Shown here piece after piece: positions 17,943-27,621 of a stretch of 64,000 bases of DNA. The stretch is taken from the NCBI GenBank assembly GCA_963840065.1, contig CAWIXF010000007.1, positions 23,955 to 87,954 of the forward strand, read 5' to 3'. The notes beneath the pieces are model-generated. The model was not told where the DNA came from and made no database searches. It worked only from the letters and a program-made list of their open reading frames with translations. Numbering within the stretch: the stretch's first letter is position 1; every line of letters starts with the position of its first letter. Origin of the DNA: an uncultured Alphaproteobacteria bacterium. Its GTDB lineage: Bacteria; Pseudomonadota; Alphaproteobacteria; Rhizobiales; Xanthobacteraceae. Made by a program: the position numbers and the translations under genes.

Positions 17943-19733
17943 ATGAATCAGGCCGTAACCAAGCTGCCGACTCAGGCCGCCACCGAACTGTCACCGGAAA
18001 CACCGCCCACGCGCGCCGTCGATCTGCCCTCGTTCGAGACGCTCAATCACGTCGCCCGCGCCATGACCGCCCGCTTCACGCAAGGCGTCTCGCCGCACGC
18101 GCAATTCACCGCCTGGTCCGACTGGTTCTACCACCTCTCGCGCGCACCCGGCCGCCAGATGGAGCTGGCCTTGCAGGCGGTCGTCTTCGCCAGCCGCCTT
18201 GCCGGTTTAGCAACCGGCCAGACGCAAACCCCGCCGTTCCCGCCCGCCGCCGGCGACCGGCGCTTTGCCGATCCGGCCTGGCAGAAGCCGCCTTATCTCT
18301 TCTGGCAGCAGGCTTTCCTCGCGCAGGAGGAATGGTGGCGCAACGCCACGCGCCAGGTGCGGGGTGAGAGCGAAAAGAACGCCGACCGCGTCGCTTTCAT
18401 GGCGCGGCAATTGCTCGACGTGGTCTCGCCCTCCAACGTCCCCTGGCTCAACCCGGCAATCGTCGAGCGCACGCTGAAAGAGCACGGCGGCAATCTCGCG
18501 CGCGGCGCCAGCAATTTCATGGAAGACGTTTATCGCTTGTTGGCGATGGACCCGGACGGCGCGAAGGACGGCTTCCGCGTCGGTGAGGATATCGCCTCGA
18601 CGCCGGGCGAAGTCGTCTACCGCAACGAATTGATGGAGCTCATCCAATACCGGCCGGCGACGCCCGACGTCTACGCCGAGCCGGTCCTGATCGTGCCGGC
18701 CTGGATCATGAAGTACTACGTGCTCGATCTTCTGCCCGAGCGCTCGCTGGTGCGCTATCTCGTCTCGCGCGGCTTCACCGTCTTCATGGTCTCTTGGCAC
18801 AATCCGACCAGCGCCGACCGCGGCATCGCATTCGACGATTACCGCACCAAGGGCGTGATGGACGCGCTCGATGCCATCAACAAGATCGTGCCCGACCGCA
18901 AGGTGCACGCCGCCGGCTATTGCCTCGGCGGCACGCTGCTGGCAATTGCCGCCGCCACCATGGCGCGTGACGGCGACGAGCGGCTGGCGTCGGCGACGCT
19001 GCTGGCGGCGCAAACCGATTTCAGCGAAGCCGGCGAATTGATGCTGTTCGTCGATGAGAGCCAGATCGCCTTCCTCGAAGACATGATGTGGGACCAGGGC
19101 GTGCTCGACACGCGCCAGATGGCGGCCGCCTTCAGCGCGCTGCGCTCCAACGACCTCGTCTGGTCGAAGATGGCGCGCGAATATCTGCTCGGCGAGCGCG
19201 ACCAGACCACCGACCTGACCGCCTGGAACGCCGACCAGACGCGGTTGCCCTATCGCATGCACTCGCAATATCTGCGCGGGCTGTTCCTTGAAAACCGGCT
19301 GACCGCCGGCCGCTACGCGGTGAACGGCCAGGTGATCGCACTCAAGGACATTCGCGTGCCGCTGTTTGCCGTCGGCACCGAGACCGACCACATCGCGCCG
19401 TGGAATTCGGTCTACAAGCTGCATCTGTTCACCGACAGCGAGCTCACTTTCGTGCTCACCAATGGCGGGCACAATGCCGGCATCGTGTCTGAGCCCGGCC
19501 ATGCCGGCCGTCACTATCACGTCGCCACCCGCGCGCCCGGCGACCGCTACGTCGACAGCGCCACCTGGCGCGCGCGCGCGCAGCGGACGGAAGGATCGTG
19601 GTGGATCAAATGGGCCGACTGGCTCGCCGAGCGCAGCGACGCGCAACGCGTCGCGCCGCCTTCGATGGGCGCGCCGACGCAAGGACTGGGCCCGCTCTGC
19701 CCGGCGCCCGGCACCTACGTCCATCAGCACTAA
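17943..19733 (+). CDS. phaC: Poly(3-hydroxyalkanoate) synthase, class I
   Basis: TPGEVVYRNELMELIQY, PAWIMKYYVLDL, GYCLGG lipase box, DHIAPW, GGHNAGI. Confidence 0.95.
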   Translation: MNQAVTKLPTQAATELSPETPPTRAVDLPSFETLNHVARAMTARFTQGVSPHAQFTAWSDWFYHLSRAPGRQMELALQAVVFASRLAGLATGQTQTPPFPPAAGDRRFADPAWQKPPYLFWQQAFLAQEEWWRNATRQVRGESEKNADRVAFMARQLLDVVSPSNVPWLNPAIVERTLKEHGGNLARGASNFMEDVYRLLAMDPDGAKDGFRVGEDIASTPGEVVYRNELMELIQYRPATPDVYAEPVLIVPAWIMKYYVLDLLPERSLVRYLVSRGFTVFMVSWHNPTSADRGIAFDDYRTKGVMDALDAINKIVPDRKVHAAGYCLGGTLLAIAAATMARDGDERLASATLLAAQTDFSEAGELMLFVDESQIAFLEDMMWDQGVLDTRQMAAAFSALRSNDLVWSKMAREYLLGERDQTTDLTAWNADQTRLPYRMHSQYLRGLFLENRLTAGRYAVNGQVIALKDIRVPLFAVGTETDHIAPWNSVYKLHLFTDSELTFVLTNGGHNAGIVSEPGHAGRHYHVATRAPGDRYVDSATWRARAQRTEGSWWIKWADWLAERSDAQRVAPPSMGAPTQGLGPLCPAPGTYVHQH

Positions 19734-19748
19734 CCGCGTTCGCTCCGC

Positions 19749-20645
19749 ATGGCCAAAGCAAAACCGCGCGCCGCCGCTGAACTTTCTCGGCAACCGCAGC
19801 CAATGCAGGCATTGTTGCCGCCGGAGATCGCGCTCGCCTGCCAGACCGCCGGCATGGTCAAGGCGCATCGCGATGCGCTCACGCTGTTGATCCTCGGCGT
19901 GCTCGCCGGCGCCTTCATCGCTTTCGGCGCGAACTTCATGACCATCACGCTGACGGGCGCGGGCGATTTACCCTGGGGCGTTGCGAAGCTGTTGGCCGGA
20001 CTCGTTTTCAGCCTCGGGCTGATCCTGGTGATCGTCTGCGGCGCCGAACTTTTCACCGGCGACGCCTTGATGGTCGTCGCCTATGCAGGACGCCACATCA
20101 CGCTCGCCGCATTGCTGCGCGCCTGGGCGCTGGTCTATGTCGGCAATATCGTCGGCGCCATCGGCACCGCGCTCCTGGTCTTTCTTGCCGGTCAGCACGG
20201 CTTCGACCATGCGGCGGTCGGCAAGACCGCGCTCGCCGTCGCCTCCGCCAAGGCCGCGCTGCCGACGGTGCAACTTTTCTTCCTCGCAGTGCTCTGCAAC
20301 GTTCTTGTCTGTCTTGCGGTGTGGATGTCGTTCGGCGCGCGCGGCGCGGCCGACAAGGTGCTGGTGATCGTGCCGCCGATCGCAGCCTTCGTCGCTGCCG
20401 GCTTCGAGCACTCGATCGCCAATCTCTATTTCCTGCCCTATGGACTGGCGATTAAAAGCTGGGCCACGCCCGCTTTTTGGACGGCGCTCGGCCAGACACC
20501 GGCCGATTATTCCACGCTGACGCTTGGCGCGGCCGCGCACAACATCGCGATCGCAACGATCGGCAATCTGGTCGGCGGAAGCCTGATGGTCGGCGCTGTC
20601 TATTGGTTCGTCTATCTGCGCAAGCGCCCGGTCGCCGCCGCCTAG
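19749..20645 (+). CDS. Formate/nitrite transporter (FNT) family channel
   Basis: GVLAGAFIAFG, GAELFTG, LCNVLVCLAVW, GFEHSIAN, GNLVGG. Confidence 0.95.
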   Translation: MAKAKPRAAAELSRQPQPMQALLPPEIALACQTAGMVKAHRDALTLLILGVLAGAFIAFGANFMTITLTGAGDLPWGVAKLLAGLVFSLGLILVIVCGAELFTGDALMVVAYAGRHITLAALLRAWALVYVGNIVGAIGTALLVFLAGQHGFDHAAVGKTALAVASAKAALPTVQLFFLAVLCNVLVCLAVWMSFGARGAADKVLVIVPPIAAFVAAGFEHSIANLYFLPYGLAIKSWATPAFWTALGQTPADYSTLTLGAAAHNIAIATIGNLVGGSLMVGAVYWFVYLRKRPVAAA

Positions 20646-20656
20646 CGCCGCAATCT

Positions 20657-21484
20657 TTATCCGCGCGCCAGCCGGGCGACGGCAGCGGTCAGCGCGCCGT
20701 CCGGACGTGCCAACTCTTCCAGAATCGAAAAATGATCGTGGCCGCCGAGCGCCAGCAGTTCCGACGGCAGACCGGCAGACTTGCGCGCGGCGTGATAGTC
20801 GCGCGACTGGCGCTGCAACTCCGGCAACTCCGCCGTGCCGTACGTCACGATCAATGGCGGCGAACTTTTCGGCAATTGTCGGATCGGGCTCAGCGCCACC
20901 TGCTCCTCTTGTGTGATGCGCGCCTTCTCGTTGAGATAATTAAGCCGGCACGGTTCGATGTCATAGATGCCGCTGATGGCGAGGCCGGCGTCCGCATCGC
21001 CCAGGCTCATTGCGGTCAAATGCCCGCCCGCCGACCAGCCGGACACGACGATCTTGCCGCCACCAACGCTCAACTGCGGCCCCTGTGCGCGCAGAAAACG
21101 TAAACCCGCCCTCACCTCGCCGACGATCTCGGTCAGGCTCGCCTCCGGCGCCAGCGTATAACCGATCAACGCCACGTCGATGCCGTGCGCGAGCGGCCCT
21201 TCTGCGAGGCAGGCGTAAAACTCCTTGGCATTGCGTTGCCAGTAGCCGCCGTGGATGTAAGCGAGCAGTGGCGCCCGCGTCTTGCCGCACCGGAAGATGT
21301 CGACCCTGTTGCGCGGCCGCGGCCCATAGGCAATGTCGAGCAATTCGGGGCGCGCGGCCCGGATGCGGCTGCTGCGCTCGGTCCATTCGGCAAGCTTGTC
21401 CGCGCTGTTCTTGACCGCCGCACCATTGTTGTAGGCGGCGTCAAGCTCTGTGCGCGTCATCCCACGCCAGACGATGTCGTTCAT
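20657..21484 (-). CDS. Alpha/beta hydrolase (arylformamidase/esterase-like)
   Basis: IHGGYWQ, GWSAGGHL, HDHFS. Confidence 0.92.
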   Translation of the reverse strand: MNDIVWRGMTRTELDAAYNNGAAVKNSADKLAEWTERSSRIRAARPELLDIAYGPRPRNRVDIFRCGKTRAPLLAYIHGGYWQRNAKEFYACLAEGPLAHGIDVALIGYTLAPEASLTEIVGEVRAGLRFLRAQGPQLSVGGGKIVVSGWSAGGHLTAMSLGDADAGLAISGIYDIEPCRLNYLNEKARITQEEQVALSPIRQLPKSSPPLIVTYGTAELPELQRQSRDYHAARKSAGLPSELLALGGHDHFSILEELARPDGALTAAVARLARG

Positions 21485-21532
21485 GCGCGCAATGCTACCA
21501 CGCCGGCTCTACAGACGAGCAGCGTCTTGAAA

Positions 21533-21562
21533 CGCAAAAGCCGCGCCCGCCGGGCGCGGCTT
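21533..21562 (-). terminator. Intrinsic terminator of the DUF1127-like gene
   Basis: On the minus strand aagccgcgccc-ggc-gggcgcggctt followed by TTG-C-GTTT. Confidence 0.75.
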
Positions 21563-21585
21563 CCATCGACAAAGGGCGTTGCGCC

Positions 21586-21765
21586 TCAGATTGGCCAGTA
21601 CGATTGAGCGGCTTCGGCGCGCGCTTCGTCGAGCCCGAATGGCAGGTCGCTGAACTGCCGCTCGTCGATCGTGACCAACTCGCGGCGGCTGCGCATCCGC
21701 CGGCTCAATTCGGCGACACGCGCCGCGATGGCGCTGCGGCTGGCGGGGGTTGGATATGCAAACAT
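21586..21765 (-). CDS. DUF1127-like small Arg-rich protein (59 aa, below the ORF-track cutoff)
   Basis: GGAGA RBS; MFAYPTPASRSAIAARVAELSRRMRSRRELVTIDERQFSDLPFGLDEARAEAAQSYWPI*, matching the R.R.R.EL..LD.R.L.D......A..EA.KPFW pattern. Confidence 0.75.
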   Translation of the reverse strand: MFAYPTPASRSAIAARVAELSRRMRSRRELVTIDERQFSDLPFGLDEARAEAAQSYWPI

Positions 21766-21834
21766 TTGTCGTCTCCGTCTGTCTCAAGCAGTGCTTTGTT
21801 TGAACGATAATTAGTCCCCTTCTCGCGCCTGCGA

Positions 21835-21850
21835 TGTGACCGGCGTCACA
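21835..21850. promoter_or_regulatory. CRP-type palindrome
   Basis: Perfect TGTGA-ccggcg-TCACA, 70 bp upstream of the DUF1127-like start. Confidence 0.65.
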
Positions 21851-21998
21851 AATGGGCCGATTCCAATTATCTTTTAATTTCAGCCAGTTATGTTGATTTT
21901 TTGGGCATCTGACGCGCTAAAGGACGCCCGCCCGGGTGCGCTGCACACTTTCAGTCCGGGAATTCGCGGCAAAGCCAAAGCGGAATTCGCTTGCGGGC

Positions 21999-23855
21999 CT
22001 ACGGCCTTGGCGGCCGGCGACGCTCGTGCAGCCAGGGGCGGTACTGCTGCGCCATCTTGGCCTGCTGCGCGGCGGGCGCATGCCGTCGGCAGGTTGCGGC
22101 TTCCGCGCTTTTTGGCGGCGCGCCCCAACGCAACTCGACGCAATCGTTCGGATTGTAGGCCATCTCCAGAGCCGACATGCGGTCGAAAACGTCCTTGAGC
22201 GAGAGTGTCCAGGAGGAGCCGTCACTGCGCTTGTAGGAGAACTTGCGCGTGACCAGCTCATCGGCCAGCACCTTGTCCAGCTCGGTCTTCACCTGTGCGG
22301 GTGTCTTGTCCTCCGGCATGGCGTAGCGGTTGGGCCGGCGCGCGACCTGGTCGGGAAAGCCGCGCACCACGTCCATCGCAATCAACAGGCGCAGGTCGCG
22401 CGCCGGCGTAGAGAAATCCTCCCAGGGGCCGGTGGTCTCGAAGATCGCCGCGCCGTTCGGCATGGCGATCTCGCCGTGGCCGCCGTTCTGGTACTTGCGC
22501 CCGTTCTCGACCGAGGTGACGCGTACCCGCACCTGCTCGTCGAGCGAGGTGATCACGTCCTTCATCGCGTGCACCGGATCGAGCGGCTCGGGCGACATCA
22601 CGTCGTTCATGCGGTCGTAGAAGCCCTCGACGCTGAGCTTGCCCTGTTCGAGGGAAAAATCGCCGTAGTCGGGATTCTTTTCGATCTCGGCATTGGTGAG
22701 CTTGTGCCAGGCGCCGTTCTTGCCGACCATGATCGGGCGGAAGCGCTTGAAGCCGGGCCCGCCAAGCGCGGGATTTTTCGCGAACAGGAAATTGCCGCGC
22801 CAGAAACGCTTGCGCCCGACGGTGCCGTCGGGTTGTCCGTCGACGGCGAGGAAAACGCCGGCGCCATCGGGCGTCTGCGGCACGCGGCGCACCAGCACCA
22901 AAAGGTGGCCGTAAGGGTCGGCATAGGTGACGCCCGGACGCAGCGAGTTTTGCGTCAGCGCCACCGGGTAATAATCGGTCTTGTTGTCGGCAAGCGCGGT
23001 GCGCCCGTTGCCGGAATGCACGCCATCGGAAAGCGTGCGCAAATATTGCCCGAACGCGCCCGCAAGCGAGCCGCTCGTCGCGCTGCCCTGGATACTCCTC
23101 CAGCTCGGGCAATACGGCGCCTTGCCGCCGCTGCCGCGCGAGCAAAGCGAAAAGCCGTAAGGCAAGCCGAGCTTGAAGGAGAAATAGGCGCGCAGGAAAT
23201 ACGGCAAGTCTGCGCAGTCGGGCTGGATCACCATCTTCATCTGGTCTTCGCCAAGACCGAGATAGTCGAACAGGAAATTGCGCGAACGGTCGCGCAAGCC
23301 GACATGTAGCGCCGGCCACGACAGGTCGACGTCGAGGGGAGCGTCGAACAATTTTTCGATCCAGGCGGAATAGAGGTTTTCCGTCTGACGGTTCCATGTG
23401 TTGCGGATCGGCCAGACGCTGCCCGCCTTTGCGCCCGGACGCGGCGGTTTGCCGGCCTGCACCGCGATGTTGTAGGTGAGCGTGTTGCACCCCGCCGGCG
23501 CGCCGTCGCCTGCAAGCTTGACGTGCCAGGTGCCGGCCGCGGGCGTCTTCGCTTCCGCGTACCAGTAATACGGCGGGCCCCCGTGCCTCGCTTTGGAACG
23601 CGCAGCCACGCTGCCATCCGGCGCGGTCAGCGTAAGCTCACCCTGCAGCGGCTTTTCCGAGACGAACAGAATGCGAAACGGCATTCCCGTCCAAGGCGTC
23701 ATCGGCGCCGGCAGCACTGCAATGTCGGATGTGCTCGGACAGGCTCCTTGTGCACGCGCAACCACCGGGTAAAGCACAGCGGCTGGCAGCAGCGCTGCGG
23801 CCACAGCAGAGGCCACAAGCTTGCGTGCTGGAAACAATGAAGGCTCTTTGGCCAT
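21999..23855 (-). CDS. Large secreted hypothetical protein, possible Cys-His (NlpC/P60-like) hydrolase
   Basis: Signal peptide ending VARA; QPDCADLPY...YADPYGHLLVL...AVDG; ATG at 23855. Confidence 0.75.
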   Translation of the reverse strand: MAKEPSLFPARKLVASAVAAALLPAAVLYPVVARAQGACPSTSDIAVLPAPMTPWTGMPFRILFVSEKPLQGELTLTAPDGSVAARSKARHGGPPYYWYAEAKTPAAGTWHVKLAGDGAPAGCNTLTYNIAVQAGKPPRPGAKAGSVWPIRNTWNRQTENLYSAWIEKLFDAPLDVDLSWPALHVGLRDRSRNFLFDYLGLGEDQMKMVIQPDCADLPYFLRAYFSFKLGLPYGFSLCSRGSGGKAPYCPSWRSIQGSATSGSLAGAFGQYLRTLSDGVHSGNGRTALADNKTDYYPVALTQNSLRPGVTYADPYGHLLVLVRRVPQTPDGAGVFLAVDGQPDGTVGRKRFWRGNFLFAKNPALGGPGFKRFRPIMVGKNGAWHKLTNAEIEKNPDYGDFSLEQGKLSVEGFYDRMNDVMSPEPLDPVHAMKDVITSLDEQVRVRVTSVENGRKYQNGGHGEIAMPNGAAIFETTGPWEDFSTPARDLRLLIAMDVVRGFPDQVARRPNRYAMPEDKTPAQVKTELDKVLADELVTRKFSYKRSDGSSWTLSLKDVFDRMSALEMAYNPNDCVELRWGAPPKSAEAATCRRHAPAAQQAKMAQQYRPWLHERRRPPRP

Positions 23856-23896
23856 CCCCGCCTCGTCTCGCCGGCCGACGCCGCGCGACCCGTGTC

Positions 23897-24982
23897 TCAT
23901 CTCATTTGCAGCAGCACAAACCATTTCTTGTCGTTGAGCGAGCAATTTTCGGTGAGGCGCGCTCGCTCCTTTGACGACCCCGACAAGGTCCAGCGACCAG
24001 GCCCCCCACAGTCGCCCTTCTGCGAAACCGAAAACGACATGTCGTCGCGCAAATTGAGCTTGTTCACCGTGATCGACTGATACATGTTGCCGCCGACAGC
24101 ATAGACCTTGCGCGCGCCGGCATCGACCTGCGCCACGACGTCGCAGTGGGTCCGCCGTACCGTGCGCGCCGCGGCCGGCCCGCCGAGTTCCGAGCGGATG
24201 CGCTCGCGCACCGCTGCATCGCTCGCGTCGCGCAGTTCCGGCTCGCGCTGAAAACAAAGCAGATCGCCGGCGCGCGGCCGGGTCGAGAGCGGGCAGGCGC
24301 GATAAAGCTTATCGGGCGCCGCATTGTTCGCCTCGCCGGCGCTCGCCGCGAAGGCGTCGTAGATATAGACGCGGTGTGCGTTGGCGAACTGGAAGGCGTT
24401 TGCCGGAACACCGGCCTGCTTGACGACATAGCTGACGAAGGCCGCCGACCACGGCGTGTCGATGACGACGGCGCGCAGGATCGCTTCGCGCAGAATTTCG
24501 CGCTGCTTTGGATCGGTGATGCCATCGACCGCACGCAGGAGGGGGCCCACGTCGTCCCGGATCAGGCCCGCGTCCTTGTTTGCGTCGGCGGTGTTGGACG
24601 CGTCCTCGTAGCCGAGCGCCTCGAGCTTGTCGCCGATGTCGTCGCCGTAGAGCGCGTGCCAATACTTCATCACCTGCCACCAGGCGAGATCGCCAAAGCG
24701 GGTCGGCCGGTTGCCGCTGTGTTCCTCGCCCTGTTCGGCCTCGGTGTGACCGAAGTGAAACATGCGGCCGGTCTGGTCGACCGCATGGCCGTCGAAGCGG
24801 GTGAATTCGTCGATTGCCGCTTTCGCGATGCGCTTGGCCGTCTCGCTGGCGGGCTTGGCGGCGGTGGCGTCGCAGCGCGCCTGCACGGCCTTCCAGAACG
24901 CCGCCGCATCGCCGGCCCGCGCGACGCCCGGCAGCGCGGCCAGAACAGCCGCCGCGACGATGACCCAGACAGCTACGCGCAT
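23897..24982 (-). CDS. DUF2272-family (CHAP/NlpC-like) secreted protein
   Basis: Signal peptide; TPWSAAFVSYVVKQAG, PRAGDLLC, THCDVV, VGGNMYQS. Confidence 0.85.
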   Translation of the reverse strand: MRVAVWVIVAAAVLAALPGVARAGDAAAFWKAVQARCDATAAKPASETAKRIAKAAIDEFTRFDGHAVDQTGRMFHFGHTEAEQGEEHSGNRPTRFGDLAWWQVMKYWHALYGDDIGDKLEALGYEDASNTADANKDAGLIRDDVGPLLRAVDGITDPKQREILREAILRAVVIDTPWSAAFVSYVVKQAGVPANAFQFANAHRVYIYDAFAASAGEANNAAPDKLYRACPLSTRPRAGDLLCFQREPELRDASDAAVRERIRSELGGPAAARTVRRTHCDVVAQVDAGARKVYAVGGNMYQSITVNKLNLRDDMSFSVSQKGDCGGPGRWTLSGSSKERARLTENCSLNDKKWFVLLQMR

Positions 24983-25115
24983 ACCCCCTCCTCGGCGCGG
25001 CAACGCCGCACCACAGTATAGCGCAGCACAAAGGGGCAAGGGCTGCTCAACGCGTGCCGAATGTGCGGGCGAAACCCGCGCCAATCGGCGCTATTCTCGT
25101 GACGAGACGAAAGAT

Positions 25116-25538
25116 CTACGCCGGCGCGCCGCCGGAGGAGAAGCGCATGGCCGCAATGCGGTCGAGTTCGGCCTGTTCGCGCGCGTTCATTTCCGCCTTC
25201 TCGTGCGCCTTGTCGCGCTCGTCCAGCATCTCGACCTTCTTCAGTTCCTCGAAGGCTTCGCCCAGCATGGCCTGGGCGTCGTCGAGCTGAGCCTTGAGCT
25301 CATCGGCCGAGCGCTTGAGGTTTTGGCGGCGCGTCATCGCCGCCTTGGCATAGGTCGGATAGGCGAAATGGCCGGGATCGTGGATGCCGGCACGGTCCTG
25401 CTCGGTCTTGATCTCGCGGTCGAGATCGGTAGCTATGCGCTCAAACTCGGCGATCATCGCTTCGATCTGCGCGACCTTGCGCCGTTTCTCGTCGACCTGG
25501 AACTTCTTCAGGCGGATGAGGGTTTCGCGTGACTTCAT
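25116..25538 (-). CDS. fliJ: Flagellar export protein FliJ
   Basis: MKSRETLIRLKKFQVDEKRR...HFAYPTYAKAA; directly downstream of fliI. Confidence 0.93.
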   Translation of the reverse strand: MKSRETLIRLKKFQVDEKRRKVAQIEAMIAEFERIATDLDREIKTEQDRAGIHDPGHFAYPTYAKAAMTRRQNLKRSADELKAQLDDAQAMLGEAFEELKKVEMLDERDKAHEKAEMNAREQAELDRIAAMRFSSGGAPA

Positions 25539-25663
25539 CGACTTGATACTCCCCGAAGCCCCGAACAGCGCCCACGCGTCCAATTCCTTTGGACCCGTCC
25601 AGACGCCCCGGACCGTTCAACAGGCCGACTGTGGGGCAATAACGTTAGTTTTCTGTTGCCAAC

Positions 25664-25733
25664 GCATGATTCCGAAAAGGCCTGCCCCCGACTTGATCGC
25701 GGGCGGGAACCGGCTTTCCGATACGATCGTGCG
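25664..25733. repeat. Degenerate rhizobial intergenic palindromic repeat (GCATGATC...GGAACCGG...GATCATGC family)
   Basis: gcatgattccgaaaagg...gggaaccggctttccgatacgatcgtgc; relatives at 40508 and 43251. Confidence 0.7.
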
Positions 25734-25758
25734 CCATGCAAAATGCGAGGGGTTTCGG

Positions 25759-27087
25759 TTAGTCGGCGCCGGTTTCAGACCCTGCGAGGATTGTCTCCAG
25801 CCGCTGATAGCCCTCCGCCATACTCGTTGACTCTTCCTTACCCTGGCGCAGGAAGTCTTCGAGCGGCTTGTGCAAGGCAATGGCTTCGTCCACCTCGTCC
25901 GAGGAACCGGCGCGATAAGCACCGAGGCGGATCAGCTCTTCCATGTCCGCATAGGTCGCCATCACTTGGCGCGCGCGGGAGATTACCGGCAGATAGGCCG
26001 GGTCGGCGGAGCGCGGCATGGTGCGCGAGATCGACTTCAGGATATTGATCGCCGGATAGCGGCCGCGCTCGGCAATTGCGCGTTCCATCACGATGTGGCC
26101 GTCGAGAATGCCGCGCACGGCGTCGGCGACCGGCTCGTTGTGGTCGTCGCCATCGACCAGCACCGAGAAGATGCCGGTAATGGTGCCTTGCTCGGTGCCG
26201 GGGCCGGCGCGTTCGAGCAGCCGCGGCAATTCGGTGAATACGGTCGGCGTATAGCCCTTGGCGGTCGGTGGTTCACCGGCCGACAGGCCGATTTCGCGCT
26301 GGGCCATGGCAAAGCGGGTGACCGAATCCATCAGCACCAGCACGTCCTTGCCGAGATCGCGGAAGAATTCGGCGATGGCGAGAGTCAGATACGCTGCCTG
26401 CCGGCGCATCAAGGCCGGCTCGTCCGACGTCGCCACCACGACCACCGAGCGCGCCAGGCCCGCCGGCCCCAAATCGTCCTGCAGAAACTCCTGCACCTCG
26501 CGGCCGCGTTCGCCGACCAGGCCAATGACCGACACGTCGGCATTCACGTTGCGCGCCAGCATCGACAGCAACACCGATTTGCCGACACCGGAACCTGAGA
26601 AAATACCCATGCGCTGGCCGCGGCAGACGGTCAGGAAGGTATTGAGCGCACGCACGCCGAGATCGAGCGGCGCTCCCACCCGCATACGGGCATGCGCCGG
26701 CGGCGGCGAAGCGCGAAAGGGATAGGGCGCCGGTCCCGCCGGCAGCGCCCCTAGCCCGTCGATCGGGTCGGCCATGGCGTTGAGCACGCGCCCGAGCCAG
26801 GCCTCGGCCGGGCGCACATTGCCTGCCGACGTCGATACCACCGCCCGGCAGCCGCGGCGCACGCCGTCGAGCGCGGCAAACGGCATGGCCAGCGCATGGC
26901 CGCCGGAAAAGCCCACGACCTCGCAGGGAATGCCGCCCGGCGTCCCGGTATCGAGCGTCAGCCGCGCGCCGACCGACATGGCGTAGACCGGCCCCGCCAC
27001 CTCCACCATCAGCCCGCGCACGCCCACCACGCGGCCGTAGATCTCGACGCCGTCGATATCGGTGATCTGCTCGGCGAGGGCTTTCAT
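25759..27087 (-). CDS. fliI: Flagellar export ATPase FliI
   Basis: [11 protein letters not shown] Walker [25 protein letters not shown]. Confidence 0.97.
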   Translation of the reverse strand: MKALAEQITDIDGVEIYGRVVGVRGLMVEVAGPVYAMSVGARLTLDTGTPGGIPCEVVGFSGGHALAMPFAALDGVRRGCRAVVSTSAGNVRPAEAWLGRVLNAMADPIDGLGALPAGPAPYPFRASPPPAHARMRVGAPLDLGVRALNTFLTVCRGQRMGIFSGSGVGKSVLLSMLARNVNADVSVIGLVGERGREVQEFLQDDLGPAGLARSVVVVATSDEPALMRRQAAYLTLAIAEFFRDLGKDVLVLMDSVTRFAMAQREIGLSAGEPPTAKGYTPTVFTELPRLLERAGPGTEQGTITGIFSVLVDGDDHNEPVADAVRGILDGHIVMERAIAERGRYPAINILKSISRTMPRSADPAYLPVISRARQVMATYADMEELIRLGAYRAGSSDEVDEAIALHKPLEDFLRQGKEESTSMAEGYQRLETILAGSETGAD

Positions 27088-27111
27088 GTGGCGGTATCAG
27101 CCTTCATCGCT

Positions 27112-27230
27112 GTCATTCCGGGGCGCAAGCGCAGCGAGCGAGCCCGGAATCCATAATCACAGACCGGGGTTATGGATTCGGGGCTCCTCCGCCTTCGCTC
27201 TGCGGGCTTCGCCGGACGCCCCGAAATGAC
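27112..27230. repeat. REP-like palindromic element (GTCATTCCGGGGCG...CCCCGAAATGAC)
   Basis: Terminal inverted repeats plus internal CCCGGAATCCATAA/TTATGGATTCGGG. Confidence 0.85.
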
Positions 27231-27276
27231 CAGTGTGCAGTAACCCCCCGGTAGGCTTACCGCCACAGTTCCGATC

Positions 27277-27292
27277 TTAACCCGGTGTTTAC
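27277..27292. promoter_or_regulatory. CtrA-box-like site in the fliI-ctrA intergenic region
   Basis: TTAA-cccggtg-TTTAC. Confidence 0.65.
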
Positions 27293-27341
27293 CCGCGTCG
27301 TTAATCATTGGGTCATCGTCCAGAAGGGACACGGCCGATTT

Positions 27342-27535
27342 GATTCGCCCGGCCGGGACAAAGTGGCGAGTCGCAAGAGTCGGTTAGGCCCGATTCCTAA
27401 ACTGGAACTTGAAGGGTAACGTGGCCAAAAAACCACTCTCTGGCAGTATCTTATGCCGATTTGGGGGCGCCTGCCTACGGCGTGCTTGCGGGGGAGAATC
27501 AGGTTTTGTTAACCATGCCGAGATAGTTTCGAATC
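27342..27535. promoter_or_regulatory. Cluster of six GANTC (CcrM) sites in the ctrA promoter region
   Basis: GANTC at 27342, 27368, 27377, 27392, 27496, 27531. Confidence 0.75.
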
Positions 27536-27621
27536 AGTTTGTCCCAGTGGTTTTTTCAAAACTCGCCGCTCCCTGCGGCGTGACCCAAATAAGCCCGGTT
27601 GCGGCGAGATAGGGGACTGGC

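Noticed and set aside
23856-24257. N-terminal extension of the 21999 ORF to 24257 (similar upstream extensions for cheR, chpT, YHS, the 44355 regulator, the SBP and EcsC)
   Set aside because: Extensions overlap neighbouring genes or intergenic DNA; downstream starts give signal peptides or family-typical N-termini
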